This document shows, one piece after another, positions 44,291 through 56,265 of a stretch of 64,000 nt of DNA (position 1 is the first letter of the stretch; every line of letters starts with the position of its first letter). Origin of the DNA: Phaeosaccion multiseriatum (Eukaryota > Protista > Ochrophyta, other classes). The stretch spans positions 1,302,001-1,366,000 of the forward strand of contig OZ218964.1 of the NCBI GenBank assembly GCA_965112735.1, given 5' to 3'. Under the pieces are notes generated by a model. That model was given only the letters and a program-made list of their open reading frames with translations, made no database searches and was not told the origin of the DNA. The translations under genes and the position numbers were made by a program.

Positions 44291-46104
44291 ATGAACCTGG
44301 GTGGGATGGAAGCGATTGCCCAGCAGATTGCTGGGGCTGCTATATTGGACCATGCGAAGGAGCAGGAGGCAGCCCTGGTACGTGCCAAATGGGGAATAAA
44401 AGCACCAAAAAGGCCGAAGCTCAAATGCTGTGGGCTTTTTACCAATTGCTTTTTACCAAGTTCATTACACTGAGGCATTTTCCCTCCTCCCCTGTACGGC
44501 CTTTGTCCTTTCGTGCTGCTGTGTGGACTGCTTTTGACCTCGATGGACATCTGTCAAAACGCTCCATCAGGACGAGAAAATCAAGAAGATCGAGGAAATG
44601 GATGAAGATGACTTTGAGGCGTTGAGAGAGAAGAGAAAGCGCCAGATGATGAAGCAGCACCAAAGGAAGCAGGAGTGGCTCGCCAATGGACACGGCAGGT
44701 AAGCGAAGAGCTGTGGGTGTACCGGCGGGCGACGAAAAGGCCCGGCGCGGGGCGTCCACTTGGCACGAGAACGTAGCCTCCGGCCGCCTGCAGTCGATGC
44801 TGCCCAGCGGTGCCGTCTGTCTGAGCGGTGGCCAAGAGAGGAGCAGCAGCAAAAGGTTGATTTTCGCTGTTCGAGGGCAGAACCTACGTTGCTCTCATAT
44901 ATGTGTGTGTTTGTGTTTTCGGGGAGGATTAACCTGAGATTGAACTCTTGTACGACGCCCACACAGATACATGGAGCTCCCTGACCAACCCGCTTTCTTT
45001 GAGGCTGTCAAGAAGAGCAAGGTGAGCCATCCATCGAGTATCCAAGAGTGAGAGCCATGGGGGAGAAGAATACGCGGCCAAGGCCGGTCGGCTCGTGGGT
45101 CTTGCGAGACACCATCGATGAGAGGAACTTGGTCCTTCGAGCCCTACGCGCTGACGAGCGAGGAGGAGATCGAGGGAGGGAGATTGAAAAGCAAGACGCA
45201 CAAGAACAAGGATTCATGTGCATGTTTTGTTCTCCTCCTCCTCCTCCTCCTCTTCTTCTTCTTCTTCTTCTTCCTTCTTATCACTACTTTTCTTTTCTCC
45301 CCACCCTTCAAAGATGATGGCTGTGCACTTCTACCGGCCCACCACCCAGCGCTGCCAAGTCGTGGACGCCTGTTTCGAGAAGCTTGCGCCCCAGTACCTG
45401 GCGACTCGCTTCTGCAAAATCAACGCTGAGAAGTCGCCCTACCTCTGCGAGAAGCTCCAGATATCCGTCATGCCCACAATCTTGCTAGTCAAAGACACTC
45501 AGACCGTGCACCAATTGAGAGGCTTCGACGAGCTGGGAGGAGGGTGAGTCATTGGATGAGGGAGGAGGAGGGCAGCTACACGTCTACCCGCGGGGCGTGA
45601 CTCAGTCGCACGACCTTCAGAGAGCAAGAGTCAAAGACGACACGGTACACTTCCTCCACAAGACTCACGGCCTCTTTGCTTCAGGCGACTTGTCGCACGA
45701 AATAGGGGCGGGTGCGCTGAGGAGTGAATCCGGCGCGCGTTGTTGTAGCTCCTGTCCTCCCTATCCGCGCCATGCATTCCGTTGCTTCTGTCGCTTCCCG
45801 TTGCTTCGCCAGAGCTTGTCGGTAACGAAGAACCCCCCCCCGCTGCACCCCTCCCCCTCCCCCCCCTTCCCCTTGCGCGCCATCTTTGTTTTCCCTTGGG
45901 CATTGGTGGTCGAGCAGAGACGACTTCCATCCCGACATGATGGCGTGGCTCTTGACTCAGTGGGGAGTGTGCACATACGATGGCGACATGCCAGAAATTC
46001 CCAGCCAAGGAGGCGTGAATAGCATCAACATGAGTATGGCCGGCAAAGGATCAATTAGGGGAGGGTCTGCGCAGACGAGGGACGACGATGATTGGGAAGA
46101 CTAG
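44291..46104 (+). CDS. TXNDC9: Phosducin-like protein 3 / thioredoxin domain-containing protein 9; exons 44291-44377, 44571-44698, 44967-45021, 45314-45543, 45918-46104
   Basis: LREKR...WLANGHG.Y.E...FFEAVKKS..AVHFYR..TQRC...LA..Y..TRFCKINAEKSPYL.EKL.I..MPT...GFDELGG.DDF. Confidence 0.9.
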
Positions 46105-46189
46105 TATCGAATTGACGTGCACGCACATCTCTTACCTGAGAGGTGGGTCTCTGACAGGGTCGATAATAACTTATTCAGCCCCATGCACG

Positions 46190-46280
46190 CCTAGCGGTTT
46201 TGCTCTAGGCCGCTCTAGGCCGCTCTAGGCCGCTCACTTTTCAGTCCTAGGCGGCCTCTAGCCCGCCTCTAGGCAGCCTC
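46190..46280. repeat. CTCTAGGCCG short repeat cluster resembling the ends of the 50704 element
   Basis: (GCTCTAGGCC)x3 plus CCTAGG/CTCTAG variants. Confidence 0.7.
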
Positions 46281-46300
46281 CCAGTGACCGTGGGCGCGTG

Positions 46301-46353
46301 GGTGAAATGCCTGGCCATATGCCCCCAAATTTCACTGACATACTCTGCCTCTC
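46301..46353 (+). promoter_or_regulatory. Copy 2 of the shared upstream element, ending ~40 bp before the CtpA ATG
   Basis: Near-identical to 44194-44252, in the same orientation and spacing relative to the ATG. Confidence 0.5.
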
Positions 46354-46391
46354 GAAGGCCCGGATGCTATACTTGCTCCAAAAAGAGAGAG

Positions 46392-47451
46392 ATGTGGCTA
46401 TCACGTGCATTAGTCGTCCTTCTTCCAGGACCGCAGCTGTTCCTATGGGGTGCACATGGTTGGGTGGTCAGTGTCGGCCCTTCTGTTCCCTCTGCTGGTA
46501 ATAGCCACATCCGCGGCAAGCACCAACAATCCTCCTCATCCTCGCAACAGAGTGAGTGGACTCCCAGAAGAATCCAGCGGCCTTCGTCGTTGAGCGCATG
46601 TCCTAATGAGGGGAAGGATGGGGGGGAGAGTCGAGACGGGGTGGATGACGCCCGCCTAGAAGCCTTTCGGGAGGTGTTGAGCCGGACGCGACCAAGCAGC
46701 GGCGGTGGGAGCAATAGCGCGCCCAAGAGACACGATTGGAAGACCTTTGCAGCAGCGGGATTGGCCTGTTGCCAACTTATGGGTGGTATGTTTGGGACAG
46801 GGTATGATTTCGGGCGACTCCGAACCGGACCGCAGCCCGCGTGGGCGGCCGTGGAGGAGGAAAGTGTGGCAGACAAGAAGGCTGTGACGGGGACAGGGGC
46901 GTTTGAGGAAGTGTGGGACTTTACAGATAGGTGAGGCAATAAGGAGAGGAGGTGAGATGGGGAGGAGAGGAGGGGAGATGGTCTGGAGAGGAGAGAAGGT
47001 ATTGAGGAGTGATATATTGACTTCGGGAATCAACGTAAGACCTGCGTAGTCATGTGTGTGTGTGTGTGTGTGTCATGGATGGTGAGGGGAGAAGGTGAGG
47101 TGTTGAGAAGAGAAGGAGTGCCTCGCCCACGCACAAGGAAAGGTGCGGCCAAAGGACTGTGCCTTGTGTGGGGAAGCGTGGCGAGCAAAGCGGCAAGCAA
47201 CACCAGCAGGAGCGCAGAGCAGCAGCAATAGCAGCAGTTGAGAGGAGCTTTGAGGCGTATAATACTCCATTTAGCTGCTATCGAATGTCGAATCGAGTGT
47301 CGAATGTTTTCCCAAGGTTGAGCACCACGCCGCTTCTCTTTCTCTACTCAGCTGACGTGAATTGGTTGTGATCAGCAATGCGCGTGCAACTCACTGCTTC
47401 TCCATGCGGCATGTGCTGTATCACCAACTTCTGCTGCTGCTACTACTACTT

Positions 47452-47490
<39 letters not shown>

Positions 47491-50400
47491 TGTATGTCCA
47501 CGGGACACGCCCTCCGCACCCTTAACCATCTGCTGCCTTCCTTCCCTTCTTCGACACCGACAGATTCGCCCTGGACCGCAAGCACAACGGATATGACTGG
47601 GATGCCGTACACGCCAAGTACAGCAAGGCCGTAGCCGATGGGCAGGACGACATGGAGGTGGCCAAGACAGTGGTTAAGGTACGATGCGTGCAGTGCATGA
47701 GGAGGTAGAGGGGAGAGGACGGCAGGGGGTGGCAGCATATTGTCGTCACAGAGGCAGGGTGGGGCGGGAAGTACAGTCGTCAATGAGGCCAGGTGAGGAC
47801 GGCGGTACAGTCGTCAACATTGCCTCACTTTATGCATTCTCGTCTCCGCTCACCCATGCCCGCCTCCCTCCCACCCTCCCTCTCTCCCTCCCTCTCTCCC
47901 TCCCTCCCTCCCTCCCTCTCTCCCTCTCTCCCTCCCTCTCTCCCTCCCTCCCTCCCACTCTCCCTCTCTCCCCTCCCTCCCTCCCTCCCCTCCCTTCCCT
48001 CTGCAGCTGCTGAACGACAAGTACTCGCGTGTGGTATCTCCCGAGACGTACGCTCTGCTGAGTAAGTATGACATGGTAGGGGCAGGAGTGATGATGAGCC
48101 CTGACAATGAGGGGAAGCTCACTGTGTCGGCACCTCCCATGGGCAAGGCGATCGGCAGGTGAGAGAGAGGGAGAGAGAGGGAGAGGGGAAAAGAGAAGCG
48201 AGTGAGAGCGCTTGGTTCCTACCCTATCCCCCGGCACTGTTTGATCTCTCCTCCCTCCTCCCTCCTACTCCTCCCCCTTCTTCTTCTTCTTCTTCTTCTT
48301 CTTCTTCTTCTTCTTCTTCTTCTTCTTCTTCGTCTTCTTCTTCTTCTTCAATTCTTCTTCTCCCTTCTTCTTCTTCCTTCTTCTCCTCCTTCTTCTCCTC
48401 CTTCTTCTTGTTGTTGTTGTTGTTGTTGTTCTTCTTCTTCTTCTCCCTCCTTCCCCTCCTCCTCCTCCTCCTCCTCCTCCTCAGCGGGGTGGCCAAGGGG
48501 GACCGGGTTCTGGGCATCAACGGCAAGTCAACAGCGGATATGAGTGCATTTGATGTCATCGAGTTCCTGGCGAAGTACAAGGGAAGCACCATTTCCTTCA
48601 CGCTGCAGACAGGGCAGGAGGACCCGCGCACCATCGAGCTAGAGCGGACGTTTCAGAAGGTGAGGGTGCGAGGAGAGGACAGCTCCTCCCTTCCCTCCAC
48701 ATGACGTCATCCCCCCCTGCGAATGGTCGATCTCACTCGTCTCCCTCGTGCTGTGCTGTCGTGTGTGTGTGTGTGTGTGCGTGTGGGTGTGCGCGTGTGT
48801 GTCTATGTGGGTGTGTGTCGGCATATGTGTGTGTCTGTGGTGCCTCAGGTGAACAACGCCGTGGTCTCTGAGCTGCGCGTGACGACGGACGGCCACAAAG
48901 TAGGCTACATGCGCCTCAAGGAGTTTAACTCCATCCTCGCAGACAAGTGAGTGAGTATGTGAAGGAGTAGAGACGGGGTAGCTTAGGGCATCTTAGAACC
49001 CACTTAGAGGCCACTTGAGGCGCCTTCTGGGGAGGCATGTGTGTGTGTGTGGTGGGGAAGGGGGGGGGGGGTATGGGTGGGTGGGTGTGCGCCGTTGGCT
49101 GCGTCCGCGTATTTGTTGTTGTCTAACGCAAGCCAAGCTCACATGGCAATCAATCAAGTCTGTCTGCCTCTGCCTGTCTTATCTTACCTACCCGTCTACC
49201 TGCCTGCCCCTCTCTGTGCTCTTATCAAGCATGCCTGCCTGACCTGCCCCTACCTCTGTGCCCTAACCTCCTTCTTCTTCTTCTTCTTCTTCTTCTTCTT
49301 CTTCTTCTTCTTCTTCTTCTTCTTCTTCTTCTTCTTCTTCTTCTTCTTCTTCTTCTTCTTCTTCTTCTTCCTCCTCCTCCTCCCCAGTGTGAAGGAAGCT
49401 CTGGAGGAGCTCACAGCCCAAGGGGCAGACGAGTTTGTCCTTGACTTACGCGGCAACGGAGGAGGGGCTTTCCAAAGCGCTCTGAGCGTCGCCAACATCT
49501 TCATGGAGAACAAGGTCAGTCACTTGTCTGCCCGACCTACCTACCCAATCCCCCCTAACCTGGGGTCACTTATTTGTTTCCTCCCCCTTGCTTACGCTCT
49601 CACTCACTCACTCACTCACTCACTCACTCACTCACTCACTCACTCACCCTCTTACTCATTCACTCACTCGCTCACTCACCCACTTACTCACTCACCACTC
49701 ACTCACTCACTCCCCATTCACTCACCCTCTCACTCACTCACTCACTCACTCACCCCGCAACTCCCTCCCCTCCCCTCCCCTCCCCTTCCTCTCTCCCCTC
49801 CGTCCCTATGCAGCCCATCACATCTGTAGTAGACGGTGAGGGGAAGCGAATGGGCTTCAGAACGAAGGCAGCAGACGTAGGCGGCCTGGCCGCGATAGAG
49901 ACCCCTCCTCTGCTGGTGTGGATCGACCGCGGCTCGGCCTCCGCCAGTGAGGTGCTCGCAGGAGCTCTGACGGACGATTGCAGAGCTTTGCTCGTTGGGC
50001 AGCGCTCCTTCGGGAAGGGCATCATTCAGGTCAAGAGGCGGTGCTTGTGTGTGTGTGTGTGTGTGTGTGTGGGCGTGGGTGTATTGGGGTGTGTGGCAGT
50101 GTGTGTGTGTGCGTGCGTCTTTCAGTGTGTGTATGTGCGCGCGTGTGCATGTATGTAGTTGTATGTGTGTGTGGATGGGGGAAGGCAAAGTCTTTCAGAG
50201 TACACGCATACCGGAAACCAAAATGATTCTCAACTCGGCAAGCCCAACAGCTTGGGCATCCTCCCACACCTACTCAAACGCCTGCGTCTTGACTACTGCC
50301 TCCCCCGCTGCTGCCGCTCCTCTCTGGTCCCTCTCTACTCTCTGGTCTCTGCTCACTTGCTCTTCCCTCCCATCTCCTCTCCGCTCTCTCCTTCCTCTCT

Positions 50401-50651
50401 ACTCTCTGTTCTCCACTCTGTGCACTCAGGCTGTATACGGCTTGTCCAACGGGGGAGGCCTGATCTTGACGGTGGCTCGGTACGAAACCCCACGAGGGAC
50501 CAATATTCAGGGAACCGGTATATCCCCAGATGTGGCGGCCAAGCTGCCTTCCACCTGGCTGCCTGGCAAGGCACCTGCCATTGACCAGAGCTGGTTCGAG
50601 CAAGCCCGGCAGAAACAAAACCAATGTCCTCCCATTGCGGAGGAAGTGTGA
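46392..50651 (+). CDS. ctpA: C-terminal processing peptidase (S41A, CtpA/D1-processing type, PDZ), probably plastid-targeted, ~8 exons
   Basis: [21 protein letters not shown] (PDZ), [32 protein letters not shown]...[22 protein letters not shown]. Confidence 0.93.
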
Positions 50652-50703
50652 GTACAGCTCGCCTCAGGGCTTTCACTGAGGAGAGATGTTGTAGTACTTG
50701 TAT

Positions 50704-51548
50704 TCGGCTCCAGACTGGCCTAGAAGCCTAGGCCTAGAGACGAAATTCGGCCGGCCTAGGGGGGCCGCAGGCCCCCGGCCTAGGCCTATTTTTGGCGCAG
50801 CCCCCCCGGCCTAGGCCTATCGACCCTGGACAAGATTACGGTGTGCGCCGGCCGTAACCAGTAATCAGCCCCCGGCCGGCGCAAAATCAGTAATCAGGCC
50901 GGCTGGTCACCGGCTGTAAGCAACCAGACCGGCTGGCGCCGGTCATAATCAGTAATCAGGCCGGCTGCGCCGGCCGTAATCAGAATCAGATGATCTTGTC
51001 CAGGGTCGACTCCCTCCCTCCCTCCCTCCCTCCCTCCTTCCCTCCCTCCCTCCCTTCCCTCCCTCCCTCCCTCCCTCCCTCCCTCCTTCCCTCCCTCCCT
51101 CCCTCCCTCCCTCCCTCCCTCCCTCCCTCCCTCCCTCCTTCCTTCCTTCCCTCCCTCCCTCACTCCCTCACTCCCTCCCTCCCTCGCTCCCTCCCTCCCT
51201 CCCTCCCTTCCTCTCTCCCTCCCCCTCCCTCCCTCGCTCGCTCCCTCCCTCCCTCCCTCCCTCCCTTCGACCCTGGACAAGATTACCGTGTGCGCCGGCC
51301 GTAATCAGTAATCAGCCCCCGGCTGGCGCATAATCAGTACTCAGGCCGGCTGGCGCCGGTCATAATCAGTAATCAGGCCGGCTGCGCCGGCCGTAATTAC
51401 TAATCAGATAGGTCGAGGCCTAGGCCTAGAACCGCCGGCCTAGGGAGAAAAAATGGCCTGCCTAGAGCGGCCAACGGCCGCCTAGAGCGGGCGTAGGCCG
51501 CTCGGCCTAGGGCCTAGAGCATAGGCTTCTAGGCCAGTCTGGAGCCGA
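50704..51548. mobile_element. Non-autonomous TIR element (MITE-like), 845 bp, with 27-bp TIRs and 6-bp TSD TTGTAT
   Basis: TCGGCTCCAGACTGGCCTAGAAGCCTA (50704-50730) and its exact reverse complement (51522-51548); TTGTAT at 50698-50703 and 51549-51554; no credible ORF. Confidence 0.88.
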
Positions 51549-51703
51549 TTGTATCCGTCAATGGAATAGAGGCAAAAAAATACAAGTAAAAGTAAGAGCA
51601 AGGATTTCTGAAACTGCCGACCCTCTCTTTTTCTATCTTTGAGTTGTTTCTCCGTCTTTTCCCCCATCTGCAAACCCTCCTCACCTGCGCGGCTGCAAAT
51701 GAT

Positions 51704-54100
51704 ATGGGTCTCTGGAGGGAGGAAGGGGGGGAGGTAGGCTTTGTGTTTGATGGAAAGCCAGAGGCGGGCGAGTCAGGTGGAGGCCATTTTGACCAAGCAC
51801 ACAGTCAAGAACGCCTCACCTTTCACTCGCCTGGTGAGGAAGCAAGACAGAGACATGCAAAGGAACCGAGGCAAAGTTTCTCACGTCCTCGCTTGTGCCT
51901 TTGCTTTCCACTACCGTCTCATTCACTGAAGGCTGGCGCTTTGCACGCTCGGGCCAATCCCGACGATGGCTACAAGCCCTTTGGCCGGTCCCACCACTCG
52001 TCATCACGGTGGTCGTCTAAGCTTAAGAGCCGCCAAAGCGAGGCTTCTGTACAGAGGTCGAGAGATCGAAAACTGAAAGTAGGTGCGTCGCGCGTGAACG
52101 TGGACTCAGTGGTGCTGTACAACTGGGCTGCGAATAAGAAGAAGGCCCATCGACTGCCGCACCTACACGACAAGCCCTCCCGTAAATCCAATGTGGGCTC
52201 TGGTGCGGACTTGGATGAGCTCCGACTCCTTCCGCTCTGCAAATGGAAGACGGGTGTATGGAACAGAGGTGCGCTCTGTGACGTTTGCCTGCGCGCCACG
52301 GCGCCGGGGGGCGACCGTCTGGCCTGTCGGAGCTGCAATGTTGTGCTTCACAGGAACTGCGCTGCTGATGCAGAACTAATAGGTATAGTCTCTGAAGGGA
52401 GAGGGAGAGGGTGGGGGGTGAAGGACGGGTAGATGGAAGGGAGAGAGGGAGGTGGGGCGGGAAGCATGACCTTGCTTTGTCTCCTCTCGTTTCACGCCCG
52501 CACGCCTCTGCTACAGACGCTAGCATGTGGCTATGCGCGGACTGCGAAACGGGCTGTACGGCAGCGGAGGCCGAGCATATCAGACGGGCCCGGATGGACA
52601 GGCTCGAGATAGAAAAGGAGGCAAGTCTCATTCCCTTAGAGATACTCCACGAGAGAGTCAGACCCACAGAGGCATGTCGATGCTAATAGGCCCATCAAAA
52701 CCCCTTCCTCCCCTTGCAGTCACATGTATCTATAATGGCGGACTTTTTGGCTTCGAGGAAGCTGGCGCAGCACCGCCTTACCAAGAGGGCGGTGCTGTCA
52801 CTACAGGCGTGGGCACGGGGCACGTCCACTCGACGGAGACTCTTTCTCGACACCTTGTCTACGCTGCGGCCATGGGCCTTTCGCATCAAGGGGCTGTATA
52901 AGCTCGCCAATGGACCGCACTATCTCAAGTGTTACGTCTCTCTGCTCGATGAAATGTATCAGAAGAAGCCGGCGGCGGTGGTAGCAGCCGCTTCCGCCTC
53001 CCATGCCGTTGGGAGCTTTATCTTCAAGGTCAGTCCTTACGTCTGTCCTTACGTGAGTCCTTACGTGACTCTTCTCCCTCTCATCTACCGCGGCGATGTG
53101 GGGTGGCCTCCTCGCTCCGTCGCGAACACGTGGAAGGAAGACGTACTTGTGTTGTATGGCTCACATCACCCATCATACCGCCATTCCCCTCTTCTTAACT
53201 CCTTCTTCTTCCTCCTGCCGGCCCTGTCGTATTCTTCTTGCTGACCATGTGTGTGGTGGTTGCTCCTTGCCTCGGTTGCTACTTTGCCTCGCTCTGTAGT
53301 TGGCGTCCAGGTCCAGCCGCCCCGACAAGACGAACAATGCGCGCATACTCGAGCAGCAGGAGAAAATGAATGAGGTTCTGGACCACAACGACCAAGTCTT
53401 CCTCTTTGAGACGGAGTGGAAACCGAGAAGCAGGTCCGGGCATGGTGGCAAGTCGAGGCCTGAGGCCCAGCCAGTCCCCCTCCCTTTGCCCGCCCCGGGT
53501 GCATCGATTGCATGTGCCTCTTCAGGTCGCACCAGCGCCCCCTCCATGTCTGCGTGTTGATTGCTGTTGCATCATCACAGACACAAGTGTCCTTTCCCCT
53601 TTCTTGGTCCATTATTGGCCCTCCTTCTCTCTCCCTTCCTTCCTCTCTCCCTCCTGACCCTCTGCCCCTTACACTCTTCTCCTGTTGCAGCTTTGAGGAT
53701 GTGTTGGCTGAGGAGGAGGCGCTCGCGGCCGAGTCACCACCGAACAACTCTATATACTCGAGCATTTCTGCTCGGGTACAGGCCGTCGCCGTCGCACCCC
53801 GGGAGAAGGGAGGGGGCGGGAAGGAGAAGGAGGAGGAGAGAGAGGAGGAGGGGGCGATGCTGGGACTGAACGACGACACGCACACACTATCCTTGCCTGC
53901 ACTTAAGCCGTGCCGAACGCCGGGTCCCGGCCATCTGAGCCAACTCGTTGTGGCAGAGGATCCAAAGAAGGAGGCGGAGAGGTGGTGGGACCGCATTTCG
54001 GTGCCTGCAACGTCTCCCATTGTGCGTATCGTGGTAACGCTAGTTGGCTGTAACGACCCCAAGAACTCCACCCCAAAGGTAGGTACACGTGTCACACATT

Positions 54101-54148
<48 letters not shown>

Positions 54149-55191
54149 TGCACACGCACACGCACACACACACACACACGTGCGCACAAAAACGCACACA
54201 CACACATACACACGCGCGCACGCACACACACATACGCACGCTCTCTCTCACACACACACCACAAAAACACACAAACACACAACCAAGCTCCCTCCTGACT
54301 GTGGGGAACCAACCAGTCATCAACCCGTCATCAACCAGTCATCAACCAGTCATCAACCGCATTTATTTATTTAGGGGATGTCCCTCCATTTTAAAGCACT
54401 TACGTAGCGAGGGAAGGGAAAGATGCTCATGACGTTGCTTCTGACCAGCCACCCTCTAATCTTGTTAGCTGAGCTGATTTGTCCGTCGCTGCTGTGCTAC
54501 TGGCGACTAGGTGGTGGGCCAGTGTCGGCTTGATCTCAGCCAGCCGCTGTGCCGGAGAGGCCTAGGGCGCTACGACCTGAACCTTGGACCCATGGGCTAC
54601 CCCATTCTCAAGGGGTGGGGAGGCGGCGGAGGAGCAGCGTAAGTGGCTGGAGCGGTACTGGGCTTCTGTATTCACCCCCAACTCAATGAATTTCCCCCAA
54701 CTAAACCTGTGACTGACTCCCTCCCTCCCTCCCTCCCCCCCTCCCTCCTTCCGTCCGTCCGTCCGTCCGTCCGTCCGTCCGTCCCTCCCTCCCTCCCTCC
54801 CTCCCTCCCTCCCTCCCTCCCTCCCTCCCTCCCTCCCTCCCTCCCTCCCTCCCTCCCTCCCTCCCTCCCTCCCTCCCTCCCTCCCTCCCCCTCTCCCTCC
54901 CTCTGACTCAGCAGTACCAGCAAGACCAAGAGCTCTCAGGTGGTCGCGGTAGAGGATTCCTCCTCCACCAACAGTTGGGACATTTGCTCTACCGACTTGG
55001 CGGCCATTTCTGTAGAGATGTTCTCGTACCCTCGGAGCATCAGGTCTGTGCTCAGATCGTCTGACAGTCAGTGACAGTCCGTCCGAGCCAAGCAACGCTG
55101 CGATCTGCGTTCCGCGCCCTCCTTTTGAGACGACCCCCCCTCCCTCCCTCCCTCCTTCTCTCTCTGTCTTATCTCTCTGTCTGTCTCCACG

Positions 55192-55250
<59 letters not shown>

Positions 55251-55824
55251 TTTTCCTCTTGCCTCGTTGTGCCTCTTAGCATGAGTGGTGCCATCGACAT
55301 TGTGGACGGGAGAGGGATCAATATGAGGCGATTCGCAACACTCTTCGGAGGCAATCTCTTCCTGTACAGACACGTAAGTCCCCTCCCCTCCCTCCCCCCC
55401 CCTCCCCTCCTCTCCCCTCTTCTCCCTTCATCTCTTCTCCCCTCCCCTCCTCTCCCCTCTTCTCCCTTCATCTCTTCTCCCCTCCCCTCCCCTCCCCTCC
55501 CCTCCCCTCCCCTCCTCCCCCCTCCCCCCTCCTCTCCCCCCCGCTCCCCTCCTCTCCCCTCCTCTCCTCTCCCCTCCCCTCCCCCTCCTCCCCTCCCTCC
55601 CTCCCCCCCCCCCCCTCCAGAGTTACTCGCGACGAGTGCTCCTGAAGCTCAGCGTATTGGGAGCCCGCATCGAGCGTTACACAACTCGCCACGGTGCTCT
55701 GATGGACGGAGTCTTTGTGCATCCTGCTGGCCCCAACGACGAAAGTATTCTTCTTGTGCCACTCAACCCTGATCAGCTGCAACACTGGCTCACCACCCTT
55801 CGAGCCGCAGCAAAGCACATATGA
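51704..55824 (+). CDS. Multi-exon protein with PHD-type zinc finger, IQ-like motif and C-terminal PH-like domain
   Basis: [18 protein letters not shown]...WLCADC (C4HC3 across an intron); LQAWARG; terminal [12 protein letters not shown] helix typical of PH domains. Exon boundaries partly uncertain. Confidence 0.65.
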
Positions 55825-56061
55825 TGAGAGAGTTTGGTTAAAGTTAGAGATAGAGAGATGTAGAGCATGTCGAGCTCCCATCCCATCCACTGCCATCGTT
55901 ATTTTTCGTGCAGTGACTGATCCTGTGTGAACGAAAGAAGAGAAACCGTTACTGTACAGTACACGTAAAAAAAAACAATCAACCCTAATTCCTTCATTCC
56001 TTCATTCGCTGTTTTCTCAAACACTGCTGGTGCTGGCTTGTTCCATCACGGCCCGTTCATA

Positions 56062-56234
56062 TCACCCATTCGAAGCCGCAGAGCCCTGCCGCAAATAAGG
56101 GTGATAGGTTTGTCGAAGGACTCCCCCTTCCCCTCCTCCCTCCACTGCCGCCTCTGCGGTCCGAAGCATGGTGTCCTCAATAGCTTGCACCAGATCGAGC
56201 ACAACAATGTTCGACGACGAGCTGGAGAACGGTA

Positions 56235-56265
<31 letters not shown>

